This document shows, piece by piece, positions 12,472 through 25,100 of a DNA stretch of 64,000 nt. The notes beneath the pieces are model-generated. The model saw only the letters and a list, made by a program, of their open reading frames with translations, was not told where the DNA came from and did no database searches. A program made the translations under genes and the position numbers. Source of the stretch: Basidiobolus meristosporus CBS 931.73. Lineage: Eukaryota; Fungi; Basidiobolomycota. Every line of letters starts with the position of its first letter. The first letter of the stretch is position 1. The DNA is taken from contig MCFE01000351.1 of the NCBI GenBank assembly GCA_002104905.1, positions 1-64,000 on the forward strand, written 5' to 3'.

Positions 12472-13266
12472 GAATGCCATGCAACTGTTAGCACATGCTG
12501 GAATCAGAATAGTCTCTGGATCATATGTTGCCAGCCACATGACAGTTGTCCACTTGTACCATACATATGGTAAGTTGCATCCCGGTATGATTTTGGCAAG
12601 AAGTAGTAATAAATCCTCAAAGCCCCCATTACTGATATTAGTGGAAACATGCCACTTCTCTAGCCACAATATCACATCATTCACCAGTAGATGGATTACT
12701 GGGCTCAATTGGCTCCATAAAGTATCCTTGGCATTTGTCTCAATGGGTGTTGTCTCATTGCATATAGGGATTTGACCGGGCTCATACATGGTACTGTTGT
12801 TAGGGGAGATAGGCTCAAAATCCATCAGTGAACCTTCTTTGCCAGTGCTATCACTCTGCATGCCATATTCAGAAGGCTGAGGTGAGCCTAAAGGTGTCAC
12901 AAGCTCACCTGACGCAGTTTGCGCAAGGTGACAAAGACGGCCAGGTGCCAATATAGCAGTATCAACTGGCAGGCAAGATAATGTTGGTACAGTGGTGACC
13001 AATAAATGGTCAAATATGACTTGGGTGGCAAATCACTGGCGGTGATACTTGTAATACTTCCTATACTGTCTGCATGCTTCATGGCTGAGAGGCTTGCCAC
13101 AATAGATTTGTTCCATTGGATAGTGTCACATAGTGCCAGCCTGTTTACAGTGCAGGATCAATCTGGCATTTTAATTTCAACTACCATGCCAGTGGTAGGT
13201 CATAGTTACTGAAAATTTTACTCAATCTTACTTATGTTGCTCAGAGTAGTGCTTTCCTTGCTTTAT

Positions 13267-14133
13267 TTACTCTTCATAATGCTCCAGACACATTTCTCTC
13301 AGAGGATGTCCTCCTCTATGAATGTACTGTGCATTGATAAGTATCTTAACTATTTTACCTATTCTGCTGTTTTCTCCTATATATGACTTTCCTCTGTATT
13401 TACCTGCCAATATGCTGAATCTCTTCAGATATCCAAATGTATGCTCTACCCTCACTTTGAAATGATTAAATATCTCATTTGAGAGCTTCTGCTTCCTGCT
13501 AAGCACACCATTCCTTGGCTTCTAATAAGCTGTAATACATCCTAATCTCTGACAATTGTCTCCTATATAAGCTAAGTCTGCCATACATTTCTCCTCTCTA
13601 CTGAATTCTGGATGATTCTCTATCCAGAGTGCTTTGTCATGCCTACTTCCAGCAAATGGCCTACTAAGCCAGATGATGTTACCCTCAATGTCAGACAGTG
13701 CTTGAAACTTCAAAGAGTGTGCCTTGTACTTGCCAGAATAATAGTGCCCCTGCCCTCTAGAAGGCCTGTGAATCCTGACAGGGAAGGTGTCCAAAATACT
13801 CCTTATATGAAACCTGTTGCTGAACACTCTGGGATATGGAAGTCTATTGGAGCTTCTAAACCTAGTACTCCAAGCTTGCTCTAAGTCATACATACCTTCC
13901 ACAAGGTGGTTCTCCATTGCTGTCAGCTGAGAATGAAAGTTTCTAGGACATTTGTTGCCATGGATGGTGGGATGAAACCTTGTAGGGCAATAGTTCTTGT
14001 GATATCTGAGAAGCTTAGCAAGGGATCTCCTTGAGTAGAGTGGGGTAGATGAACCACACTACTTGGTATAGAACTCCTCTAATGTGTCAAAGAAAATCCA
14101 GTGGTAGTGATGGGACTGATGACAAAAGACCAT
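13267..14133 (-). pseudogene. DDE_Tnp_4-like (IS5/ISL2/Harbinger) transposase, 288 codons, two internal TAG stops
   Basis: Single frame from ATG at 14133; motifs ILDTFPV.I.RP, YYSGKYKAHSLKFQ, GSRHD, MADLAY, RVEHTFGYLKRF; stops at 14059-14061 and 13522-13524. Confidence 0.88.
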
Positions 14134-14406
14134 TCAGATAAATAAGTCATAATAAATTGGAAAAGATCAGGCTGAGATGCTTAGATTCAACTTGGCACAA
14201 TCAGCTTTATTTATCTGATTTCCATGCATTATGATTAAATCCCCATCAATTGCCATGTATCCCATCATCATGTTGCAAAAATCATCCTCAAACAGTGACT
14301 GGGTATTTTGTTGATGTTTTACTCACAAGTCTATAATCAAATAGGAAATCTGCAATTGAGGTGATCTGACCTGTGTTAATGCAATCCAAGATGCATCATG
14401 CATAAT

Positions 14407-15139
14407 AGACTTGTTGCGTTGGATAGTGCCACATTGAGCCATGAGTGCCAAATGATGACATAGTGTGCCAGAGAGGCCAAGTGAGCCTCTACCTGGCCAC
14501 AGAGTGTGAAACATAGCTCCGCATCTTCATGCAAAGCAGCCCCTGTGTTTCACCCATTGTGTTGGAGAAAATCCATTTTTGACCTTTTTTTTTGGATCAA
14601 TGTTGTGCAGGATGTGTTAGAGCACAAGCAGATTTAAGATAGGCATCTGGTACTCAATACCCATGGCACTCTGAATCTAGCTCCTGTAGCTTGTATCATA
14701 TCACAAAAATGAATGGCACTATCTTGGTCCACTACTACTATATGGCACTATATTTAAATATTAGCCCTAAAGTAAGATCTATACAAAGCACCTATAATGC
14801 CAGATAGTACCAGTGGACCAAGATAGTGCCATTCATTTTTGTGACATGATACAAGCTACAGGAGCAAGATTCAGAGTGTCATGGGTATTCAGTACCAGAT
14901 GCATATCTTCAGCTCTCCTGTGCTCTTACACATCCTGAGCTACATTGATCCACAAAAAAAGGTCAAAAAATGGATTTTCTCTTGCGCAATGGGTGAAACA
15001 CAGGGGCTGCTTTACATGAAGATACAGAGCTATGTTTCACACTCTGTGGCCAAGTATAGGCTCACTTGACCTCTCTGGCACACTATGGCATCATTTGGCA
15101 CTCATGGCTCAATGTGGCACTATCCAACGGAACAAGTCT
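14407..15139. mobile_element. Fold-back MITE, complete (733 bp)
   Basis: Arms 14407-14752 and 14793-15139 are inverted; AGACTTGTT...AACAAGTCT; flanks AAT / ATT. Confidence 0.92.
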
Positions 15140-16013
15140 ATTATATAGAAAATTCAACAATCACATTAATTTTCATATATTTTTCATATGAGACCAGGTT
15201 GATTCCAAAACACCACTGTATAAGTATCCAAATCCATCACTATGGTCCCTATGCCAAGTCTCAACTCATCTTTAGTTTAACCCAGACAAAACCCATCCCC
15301 CAGCTCACAAGCACGGTCCAGACCAGAAAAGGTGATGTCAGATCCATTCAAGCTCTTGCAAAATGATTTCAGTATGGCCCAAGTGTCTATAATGAGCCTT
15401 CATACAGATATTTGGGCACTACTCACTAGTTTAGCCAAACTAGATACCTTGGAGAGCTAGCAGAGATGGAAGAACCTGAGTAGAAAGTTGTGGCATGAGT
15501 TCTACATCAAGATGCCAGCAGATGTATGTAAGAAGATATATAACAAGACAAGTATTGAAAGGAAGAATGAGCTCAGAGTGAGGGGATCTGATAAGGAAGC
15601 CACACAGGAACAATTTTGCGCACAATTTGTACAGTACAGGCCGGATGCATCTGTTTGCGCCTTGACTTTGGGAACCAAAGAGATTTTGAATGAGTTTTGC
15701 CTCAGATTACTAATGTGTTACATGATATATTAGTAGAGCTAAGTGGCTTCCAAGAGCAATATACACAGGACTCATCCAGGCAACAGTTGCAAAGTATTAG
15801 ACAGAGGGTAACTTTGTACCTTGAGGAATCAGAAGGTGAGCTTTAAGAGGAGGAATACAAACCGCAAGAAACATCATCTACATTGCACCTGCATGCCATG
15901 CTGGATTCCTTACCTTCCCTGGCAACTTCAGCATGCCAGTGCACATCAGTCCAAACTATGCCAACACCCTTCACAAGAGCGCCCTGCATTGACTCAATGC
16001 ATATTGGGTCAAT

Positions 16014-17384
16014 TGACTTGTTCCATTGTGCCATTGATCATAGTACCAGAGAGTGCTGTATATTTGATAATTAATTTGATATTTTAGGGTCATATGCATG
16101 TCAGTTTCGATCCCAAATTGGAACTGTATGGCACCATCTAGCATGCTTTGGCACTATTGGGCACTATCTGTGGTAATGGAAAGTATTCCATTACTACAAT
16201 ATCTCTAAACCAATATTGCACTCATTTCTTTATTTTGCTTTTTGCTATTGTAACACACAAGTGAAAGATCAAGAATTTCCAACTTTGAAGAACAAGTACT
16301 CCAGACCCTGACAAGCAATCCACCCAAGAATATTATGTCATACAGAACATGTAGTAGCCAGCACATGTTTCAAATTACAGCTCATTTGAAGCAGTACTTA
16401 AGGAGTTATGACCAAAAGAGTCCAATTATTATATATACTATGCCTTATTGTTAGGATTACTAGGGTGACTTTGATCGCATGTAACTTTTGAACCAGCCAA
16501 TCAAATCACGTGAAATTTTCACAGGTGCCGCGCCTATGTCCAATCTGCATCACTGCAAAAGTTTAGCTTTGTATCACGTGTATTGCTTGCGCAATTGCCC
16601 AAAAACTTTGATCCTTCAGAATTTTCATATATATGACTTCCCCAGCTGAAAAATAAAAGAGAGCCTCTCTTTCCAGAATCTCCACACTACGATTACAAGT
16701 TTAAAGGTTATAAGACTTCCCCTGCATCACTTGCACTGTAAAGTATTCTGACTTTGATCAGTACTACATCAGTAAAGAGACTGTAAAGCTCACAAGAATC
16801 CAATCTAAGTTCTACAAGAAACTACCACTTTTCTGTCAGAAAAGTCTCCTCTAAGAAAGCCCTTTACTCTAAAGACACCCCTTTAGTCACCCCTTTAGTC
16901 TAAAGACCCCTTTAGAGACTTCTACACCACACCCCTTTACTCTAAAGAAGCCCCTTTAGGCACCCCTTTAGTGTAAAGTCCACTTTAGAGACCACTACAA
17001 GAAGCCCCTTTACTCTAAAGACACCCCTTTAGGTTAAAGGGGAGTTCAAAATTTCCATATTAGGAAATATTTTCTCAGAAAGAAAAGTGACTTCCAAATA
17101 AGGAAAAGTTACTATAAAAGTAAATAAGCCCATTAGTTGACAGAAAGTCAGAACACTGCTGTAGAAGTGATAAACACTGCCTACAGTATATTTTGAGCCT
17201 AAGATTGAGGAAATTAGTGAAAGTTATATCTTCTATTGGTATATCAAACTCCCAATAAACTATTTAGTATTAGCATACTGAAAGTTGTTGTATATTGTTG
17301 ATTAGCCTCTACATTGTAGAACAAGCCCCAAACTAATCATAATACAACACAACATATCATCAGCTGGAATGATGGAACAAGTCT
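16014..17384. mobile_element. Small (~180 bp net) PHIS MITE containing a solo LTR
   Basis: TGACTTGTTCCAT...ATGGAACAAGTCT with perfect AAT TSD (16011-16013, 17385-17387). Confidence 0.85.
16169..17354. mobile_element. Solo LTR, young 1.2-kb family, copy 2
   Basis: TGTGG...CAACA; TSD TATC (16165-16168, 17355-17358); shorter repeat array. Confidence 0.92.
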
Positions 17385-18886
17385 AATGTGCATGCTTGAG
17401 AGCAAAACCACCAGAACCCACCAAAATGCTCAAAAAGACACAAGTCCATTGGAGCAGGCCAAGTTGCGTCAACAAGCGGCATCACATCAAACTCCACCAA
17501 GGGCCATGCCAGCAAATCAAGTTGTGTCTGCGTGTGCCATTACACCTGACCATCAGCAAGTTTCCTCTGGTGAACTGACGGATGATGACCCACATGAATT
17601 GCCTTCAACACCAGAGCCTTTGGCAAGTAAAAGAATGTGTCAGCGCATAGCACTGCAGGCCAGCTCAGTTGCATCATCTGGAGCAATTCAGTGCAGCCAA
17701 GCTACAGCATCACACCCATCAACTAGGAGGCAAATTACTGACTACAAATACACAAGTAGCCAAGAGGATAGTCAACAAGAAAGTAGTTTAGGTGTGCAAA
17801 CTGAATCACTACCAAATGCTTCAGTAGTAATCCCTGTGAGAAAAAAGCCTAGGTGAAGATGATGCAATTGCATTGAATTGCTATTATCTGTAATGATCCA
17901 AACAACACATTTTTTTTGCAATCGGCATCAAGCCATTGCAAATCAGTGATCACTAAATTTTTGACATAAGCAATATTAAGGTTGTCTTGCATTTGAGACA
18001 GAACCCCTATATATAAGCACCCTGCATATGTATACATAATCTGTGGCATCAGTGCGGCCATTTGATCTGATTTGCACCCATGCAATTGGTTGCGTGCAAG
18101 CTATGACACCTTGTCCAATCACTAGGATCAGGGATTTAATTGCTTAATGGGCAAAATGGGATATTTCATGGCAAATCAGGTAGCTTGTGTATTGGTCAAA
18201 GAGCCAATTGGAGCTGAAAGCTTCAGGATACTTTTGGACCAATTAACCACTAAAATACCATCCAATTGGAGTGATGGTAACAAAAATGGCAAGTATCAGT
18301 GTAGTTCATAGTGTGATACTCATTTATTTCCATTTTCACTAAAGAAACATATCCAAATACCGTATTTTACCTACCATAATAATGGTATCCAATTGCACAT
18401 GTGATGCAAACAATACAAGTGGGCGCAATCATTTGTGCCAACCTCATTGTGTCAGACTGTGCCATAGTGTGCAAGATCATCCCACATGGTGTGATATTGT
18501 CCAAGAGCAATCCTGCCTACTGGTAGCTACTATATCATGCCCAATTGCTCTTAAAGACTGCAGATTGTGCCGCGCACCCTGGCATGGTACAATAGAACAA
18601 GTCTAGTAGCCACATGGTCTTTTTTCTTTACTCGTATGGCGTTGAGTCAAAGTGTCTTGTCCATGGGGCAAACATTTTGACCTTCAACAACATAATGCCA
18701 TTATATCACTGTTTGGTCAATACTCATGTGAACTCAAGACAGTCTTGTATTTGAAACATTGCACCTACATGAATGTAAGATTCAATGATGATCTGCCATA
18801 GTAAGTGTTATGAATAAAGTTGTGGCACCACATACACACATATATGTAACACTACTTCCCCTTTGGTTTGACTCACTTCCGTATAT

Positions 18887-21800
18887 ATGCCACCAAGAAA
18901 TAAAGCAAAGTCATCTGGTTCTCAACCAAACCCCACCACTGACAGCAACAGAAGAACAGTTGGACAGCAACTTGCTTTGACATTCAGTGCAACAAGCAGG
19001 GCCACATCCAAAAAAGGCTCTGTGGACAGTGTGCCCATTGAAGGTAATAATGCGGTGTGGTGGTGTATAGGTCCAAGGGAGAGGTATGTCCAACACTTCT
19101 CAAGTGTTTTGTGTGTGGAGTGTTCACTGGGTGTGATAAACTCTGGCAAAAGCTTGCTAGGAATACTTGGGTTCTGTCTCTAATCTAATGTGAAGGGGAA
19201 TAAAGCCACAAGCTTGTCAATGGAAAACTATTCAGCTACAATCCCCAACTTAGTTGGCGTCATAAGAATAGTATGTGCTGGGTTCACTGTCCTTTGAGAT
19301 GACAATGTACTAAAGCTTCCAAAGTCAAAACAACTGTAAACTCCACCAGCAGGGACTTGATAAGAATGCAGCTGTGGTCAATAGTTACAAAGACAGAAAA
19401 GTATCTTTGCCTGTACAAGAACAAACTTGGGAAAGAATCAAATATAATAAAAGATACCTACTCTGAGTATTCCTCACAAGTAGTGCCTCCAAGGTCAGTT
19501 GGCTGTCAGTGTGGTTTCCTGGGAGTGTCCTGTGGTCTAGGGTTGGAAGTTCAGGTAGCAGCAGGTAGCAGTGATCACACTAATTAACAAGTCAGTATAT
19601 TGATAAAAGGGATGATGATTTATTGTTGAGGGATAGCCTCCCTTAAATACTTTTCTTATTGGCTAAGTGATTACTAATCATGATGTTCCAGAAGGTTCCA
19701 GATATCAGTAGAAATCTTAATGACATCAGATTGACCTAAGAATGTTCTAAGTAGGTGCCAGAAGGTTCTAAGAGGCACTGCACATCCAACCAATCAGGAA
19801 TCAGTAATCTGAAACCTGTGTAACATAGGGATACCACATATGGTATGAAAACAGTACAGATGGTGACACAGGTTGATCATGTGTCACAGGTACTGGCGTG
19901 GGTACTTGCCTAATACAGAGGTACTTACAGCTAGTAATCTTACATAAAGTGAGGGATAACTTATGCAATAAGGTAAGCAAGTGTGATAGTCAACCAGCTT
20001 ATGGGATAGTACTGATCAGGTAGGACAAATGTGATAAAACTAAAATAGGTGTAGTAGAGATATAGCAAAGTAGAAAATATGAGAATGAGCACATCTGTCT
20101 GTGGGTGTCACTGTCACCCCACTACAGCAGACTCCTGAGGCTCTCAGTTAAGTAGGCAATTGAGGACCTCTGTGGAGCCACAAGCTGATATTTATGCTCA
20201 GGCAGATGAGAATGTAGCAAACGCAGTACCCTCAGTTGAAGATCAGAAAGTGGCCATGCTAACATCACCACCACCCATATTAGTAAGTATGTTATCAGCT
20301 CATACCAAAGCATTAGTGAAGCAATTAGGTGCAGTGGCTGATAGGATAGATGCAATGGCTCAGAGAAATCAGGAAGTAGTCCAGAAACAGGATGAGCCGA
20401 TAATATGTGCAGAGCAATCAATATCCCTGGTAGAGAAAGCAGTGTCTTTGCTGCAAGGAAGGAGCTCAAGTAGCTCAATGTCACAGCCAAGAATTGAGCC
20501 ATTTCCCAATGGAACAGCAGAGGAATACCGTAGAGTCTTTGAAGCACAACAACAGTGCCCAAAGATAAAGCCCACAGAAAAACCTATCACAGCATGGGAG
20601 GGAGACAATGTGGTGTTGATACCAAATCCTAAGAATCTAAAGACATTAAGATCTGTGAAGCCAAGGAGTGCAATAATGAAGAGTGGGCTAATCTACAAGA
20701 GGCCATCAGAAGTCTAGCATGCCATCACCTTAAGGCCAGCATGCCATGGGCCCATCAGGAACTCAAGGCCAAGCAGAATGCACTTGACTTGTTCCATGAG
20801 CATTATCCTGGATTCAAACGGGCAAACAAATTTTGGGCTAGCATTGGTATGCTAAGAAAGTATCTTAAGAATAACAGACACTATCAAAGGCAGAAGAACA
20901 AGGGTGCCATGGCTAAAAACCAGCAGCTTCCTCAAGAGCCTGTTACAAGCAGGGCCAAAAGCTCCAGACAAGCATCCAAGAGACGTCAGGCAGCTAGAAG
21001 AGTGCCAATTAAGGACAACCAGGCAGACATGGATGCACCAGCACAACATTTATCAAGGAAAAAGCGTAGTACCACTCAAGAAGCACCCAGTCAAAGTAGC
21101 AGTGAAGGACCTGGCAGTGATAAACCAGCCTCTTTTACAGGAGCCCGTCACAACTATGGTTGAGAGCTCAAAATAAGGTGAAAAGAAACGTCAGGTTGCC
21201 AGAAGAGTGCCAGCAAGGGACAATCAGGCCAAAACAGATGTGTCAGAGCAGAATTTATCCAGGAGAAAATGTAGTTCTTTACAAGAAGCACTCAGACAAA
21301 GTAGCAGTGACAGACCTGGCAGTGATAAAGGAAAAGGTGAAGAGAAAAATGTCTACCCAGGCCTGAGACAGGGAGGCATGCAAAAAAACTGCAGTTCTTG
21401 CCAATTAACACCACAAGCTAGGAACAGACTGAATCCTATCATAGCCAAGAAGAACTACCAACAAGAAAACAGCTGTTTCACAAGAGTTGGAAGCACAGCT
21501 AGTTGAGCTACACTCCAGCAAGGTAGATGAGCTTGCTGAAAATGGCAATTTGTCTACCACAGCCTCTACAGCCTCCACAGCTTTCATTGTTGACAGAGTG
21601 GAGATGCCACTGACAGATAAGGCTATAATGTCAAGAGCTTGTAAGACTATCACAATGCCTTCAGTGGAGTTTTGGAATGTTAATAGGCACACCAAGAGGT
21701 TGCAGCACTTCTTCAAGAGCAGTGCTCAAGAAAATGCACTGGAATATTGCAAGGATTTATTGCAAAGACTGGCAGATGAGGAGCTAGACCTTGCAGTGCC

Positions 21801-22035
21801 AGCTGAAGACCAGGACATGTGGGAACCAGTGAATGAACAATGGCATAAAGCCATTGGGTTCCTGCCAAATTTGTGGAACCAGAGCATTAAAGCAGAAATA
21901 CTTATTGAGTGGTGGATTTTAATGGAGTTACTTGTTGAGTGTGGGGTTGGGCTTAATGTTAGTGTAGGGTATAGAGACTTGTATATATCAATACAATTTG
22001 CAATTGAGGTACAACTGAAGTTTCAATGGAAATAA
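18887..22035 (+). pseudogene. CACTA second ORF (unknown function), interrupted near 19051-20126
   Basis: ORF pieces 18887, 20160, 20741 (FHEHYPGFKRANKFWASIGMLRKYLKN), 21207 and 21487; homologous pieces at ~30350-31300, ~43500-43900, ~50100-50450 and 53222-54260. Confidence 0.7.
19051..20126. mobile_element. Putative ~1.1-kb solo LTR
   Basis: TGCGGTGTGG...CCCCACTACA interrupts CACTA ORF2; diverged inverted homolog at ~57155-57921; no TSD confirmed. Confidence 0.55.
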
Positions 22036-22199
22036 ATGAACTGGTATGCATAAAAAGTAAGAGAAATGGTTGAGTACGGGAGTAAGAAGGGTGAAAAGAG
22101 GCAATAGCCAATCAATGTACACAAATATAAGAGGTGATTGAGTGTCTGGGATCAGAAAGTGGGCAAATTGCCAGGGAACCACTCAAAAGCCACAAATAT

Positions 22200-25100
22200 T
22201 GTTACAAGTCTTGATATAAGAGTTGCAGAGGAATAAGGAGTTTAGCTAGTATTGTATTCACTGCAACTTTAACTGATTTTTATTGAGGTTCCAGCAGCTC
22301 CTTGCATTTTCTAATGTGGGCTGTGGCTGATGACTCATTTGATTGCATCATCATCACCCAATAAGATCCTATTTAATATATCTATTTCTGTCTGATAAGG
22401 ATCTGCTGATTCATTTGCTGACCAATGCTACTGATTTGATAGATAATTCTGATATACTGATAAGATAAGCATTAAACTAATTGATTTGACTAAAATCTCA
22501 TCTGACTTAAGCATTCAAGAGGCACATTGTAACATTCTCCCCTAATAAAGCTGAGAGTGTTCTTGTGAATCTCTTTTCTTGTGATACCAATGTCTTGATG
22601 GATCAGTATTTTCAGTAAGTCTTGCAAGCTTGAGTCTGTCCCTATGCACTAAGTCTTCCCGGATATTGCCTTGTTTGTCCACTAGTTGGTAAGTTGCATA
22701 TGGACATTCTCTGATGATCTTGAATGGTCATGTCTGTTTTGGCTCAAACTTCTTCTGAGTGTTGTTTCTTAGCAATACAAAGTTCCCAACTGTCAATGCT
22801 TCTGGTGCTAAAGTCTTATCAAATCTCTGCTTCATCTTTTCTGCACTTTGAGATACTTTGTTCTGTGCCTTTTGACATCTTTGCCCCAGCTGCTGGTGTC
22901 TATGTGGGTGACTGAGTTCATCTTCTAAAGTGTTTGTAAGCTTTGGTTGTGTGAGATCTCCTGGAATCCTTGGCTCACATCCATACACTAAGTAAAATGG
23001 CAATTGTTGGGTGGTGTTGTGTACTCTGACTCTGCATGCAAAGAGTTCTTGGTCTATATATTCATCTCATCTAATGACAACCCCATTCTCATACTTGGTC
23101 TGTATGCTTCCAAATGGCTTTCACAAGACTATAGGTTCCTTCAATTCCAAGATGTCCATATTCATTGTGTAGCTTATGTATTAAATCCAGGTAAGCAACA
23201 TAAGGGCAATAGGCAATAGGGCTTCCATCAACAATTTAGTAGGGTTTTTCATCCTGTACTACAAACTTGCTGGCTTCATCCCAAATTATCTTCTTGATAT
23301 TTTCATCCACCTTGTTAAGAATGGCTTGGTCCTCCAAGTACTATGGTAATAGGCTAGGCCAATCCAATTCATGCACCAAGTTGAGTTGTGCAACTTGTTC
23401 TAATCTTGATAAGGCATCAGCAACTGTGTTGTTTTTCCCAGGGCAGTAGACAATTTCCAAATCAAATTGCTGAATGTATTCACTCCATCTTGCCATTCTT
23501 CTAGAGAGTGCCTTCTGAGTAAATATATACCTGAGGGAGGCATGATCAGTCTTCACAGTGCATTTGACTCCTTCAATATAGCATCACCATGTCTTCAAAC
23601 AGTGTGTTAGAGCAAGCATCTTCTTATGCACTGGATAGTTTTGTACTGCTGAGTTCCATTTCTTGGATTCAAAGGCAACTGGGTAGTCCTTTCCCTTGTG
23701 TTGTTGGCTCAGCACTCCACCAATTGCATAGTCTGAAGCATATGTGCATAGAGTAAACTCTTGTCTGAAGTCTGGGATTCCAAAGCTTGGTAGCTTAGCA
23801 AGTTTATTCTTGAGCATCTGAGAGGCAGTCTCACAAGCTATGTCCCACTTGTAGGTATTGTCTTTCTTGTGGATATCAGTTAAAGGGGCTGCAATGCTTG
23901 CAAAGGACATGACAAATCTAAATAATAGGAGACCATTCAAAGGAATGATATGAGCTCTACTATGCTATGGGGCTGCTTCATATTCTTTATAACTTCAACC
24001 TTTTTAGAGACTAAGGTTACTCCTGTGCTAATCACTGTGTGTCCCAGATATTCAACATGTTACTTGGGTGGCTTGCCATAAATCTTGTTTTCTCTTAGTT
24101 TCTTCAAGATCTTCTCAATGTGCACTGAGTGATCCTCTTCTGTCTTGCAGTATATCAATATATTATCTAGGCAGATGATCACAAACTTGTCTAAGTACTC
24201 CTGGAAGACTGTTTGCATCAGGGTCATGAATGTTGCAGGGGCATTGGTGAGGCCAAAGCTCACAACTAAGTACTTGTAATGTCCATATCTGGTCCTGAAT
24301 GCTGTCTCAGGGATGTGTTCTGGCTTCACCCTAATCTGGTTGTATCCTGACATGAGGTCAATCTTGCTAAAAAAAGTGGCTCCATTGAGTTGGTTCAAGA
24401 GTGCATCAATCCAAGGTATGGGGTACTTATTCTTCACAGCAACTGAGTTGAGGGCTCTGTAGTCAATGCACATCCTAAGTGCTCCATCCTACTTCTTCAC
24501 AAAAAGTACTGGTGCTCCCCAAGGTGACTTGCTGGGTCTGATCAATTTGTCTCCTCATCTCTTCCAACTCCAATGGACTCATTCTGTAAGGTGTCTTACT
24601 CACTGGAGGGCTATCTCCTGTGTCAATGGCATGATCTGCTTCTCTGACTGGTGGTAGGCTTACAGGCTCATCTAGAAATACGCCTGAGTATTCCTTCAGA
24701 AGAGTCTGGACCTTCTGGAGTACTGGAGTAGATGAATCCTCCTGTAGTACTGCCATGAGGAATGTCTGGGTGCCTTTTCTTAGTGCTCTACAGAACTGTG
24801 TCTTGCTGAGTTTACTTGTTTCACACACACTGGAATTGACCAAGTTAAAATCCAGTCTGGCAGGTAATAGCTCATAGGTCTTGTTGTCCTTCTGGATCTG
24901 AGTAGCATGGGCTCTCCAGTTGATTGATGAATTACAACAAAGTAGCCAGGCTTTCCCAAGTACAAGGTCAAACTTGAAGTTCCCAAATATATAGGCCTGT
25001 AGATCTTCTTTATAGTCATTGATCTTCATCCATACTAGCTGAGTACTACAGTTGATTTTGTGAGAGTTCCCATCATCTGTTGGGACTGAAGTTGACTAGG

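Larger units (their letters stand above)
8880..13103 (-). pseudogene. CACTA transposase, interrupted by solo LTR
   Basis: DGFSLNKYSTSKSCWPLILIDLNLPP...LVSGPKSP...CIGDTPAISK (10529-10993) is a tnp2-like core; CPNC motif in 11015-11293; N-terminal part 12454-13002. Confidence 0.85.
15340..17856 (+). pseudogene. Second ORF of the PHIS element (unknown, possibly Myb/SANT-like), split by MITE plus LTR
   Basis: Removing 16014-17387 fuses ORF 15883 (..HIGS) in frame to ORF 17386 (MCMLESK..); homologs at ~31400-32000 (minus) and ~40050-40700 (plus); QRWKNLSRKL is only weakly trihelix-like. Confidence 0.65.
13104..18604. mobile_element. PHIS-superfamily (PIF/Harbinger-related, ANT-TSD) two-gene DNA transposon
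   Basis: Ends AGATTTGTTCCATTG / CAATAGAACAAGTCT; flanks AAT (13101-13103) and AGT (18605-18607); flanks rejoin as GGCTTGCCAC-ANT-AGCCACATGGTC versus the empty site GGCTTGCTATAGTAGCCGCATGGTC near 5534. Confidence 0.85.

Noticed and set aside
13267-14133. Bacterial IS5 element indicating a prokaryotic or contaminant contig
   Set aside because: Embedded among Gypsy, Copia and CACTA elements and shares their CpG depletion.
15340-22035. Fanzor/TnpB cargo as second ORF of the PHIS or CACTA elements
   Set aside because: No RuvC (DPG, E, DRDxNAAxNI) or zinc-ribbon motifs visible in either ORF2; an HMM search would be the definitive test.
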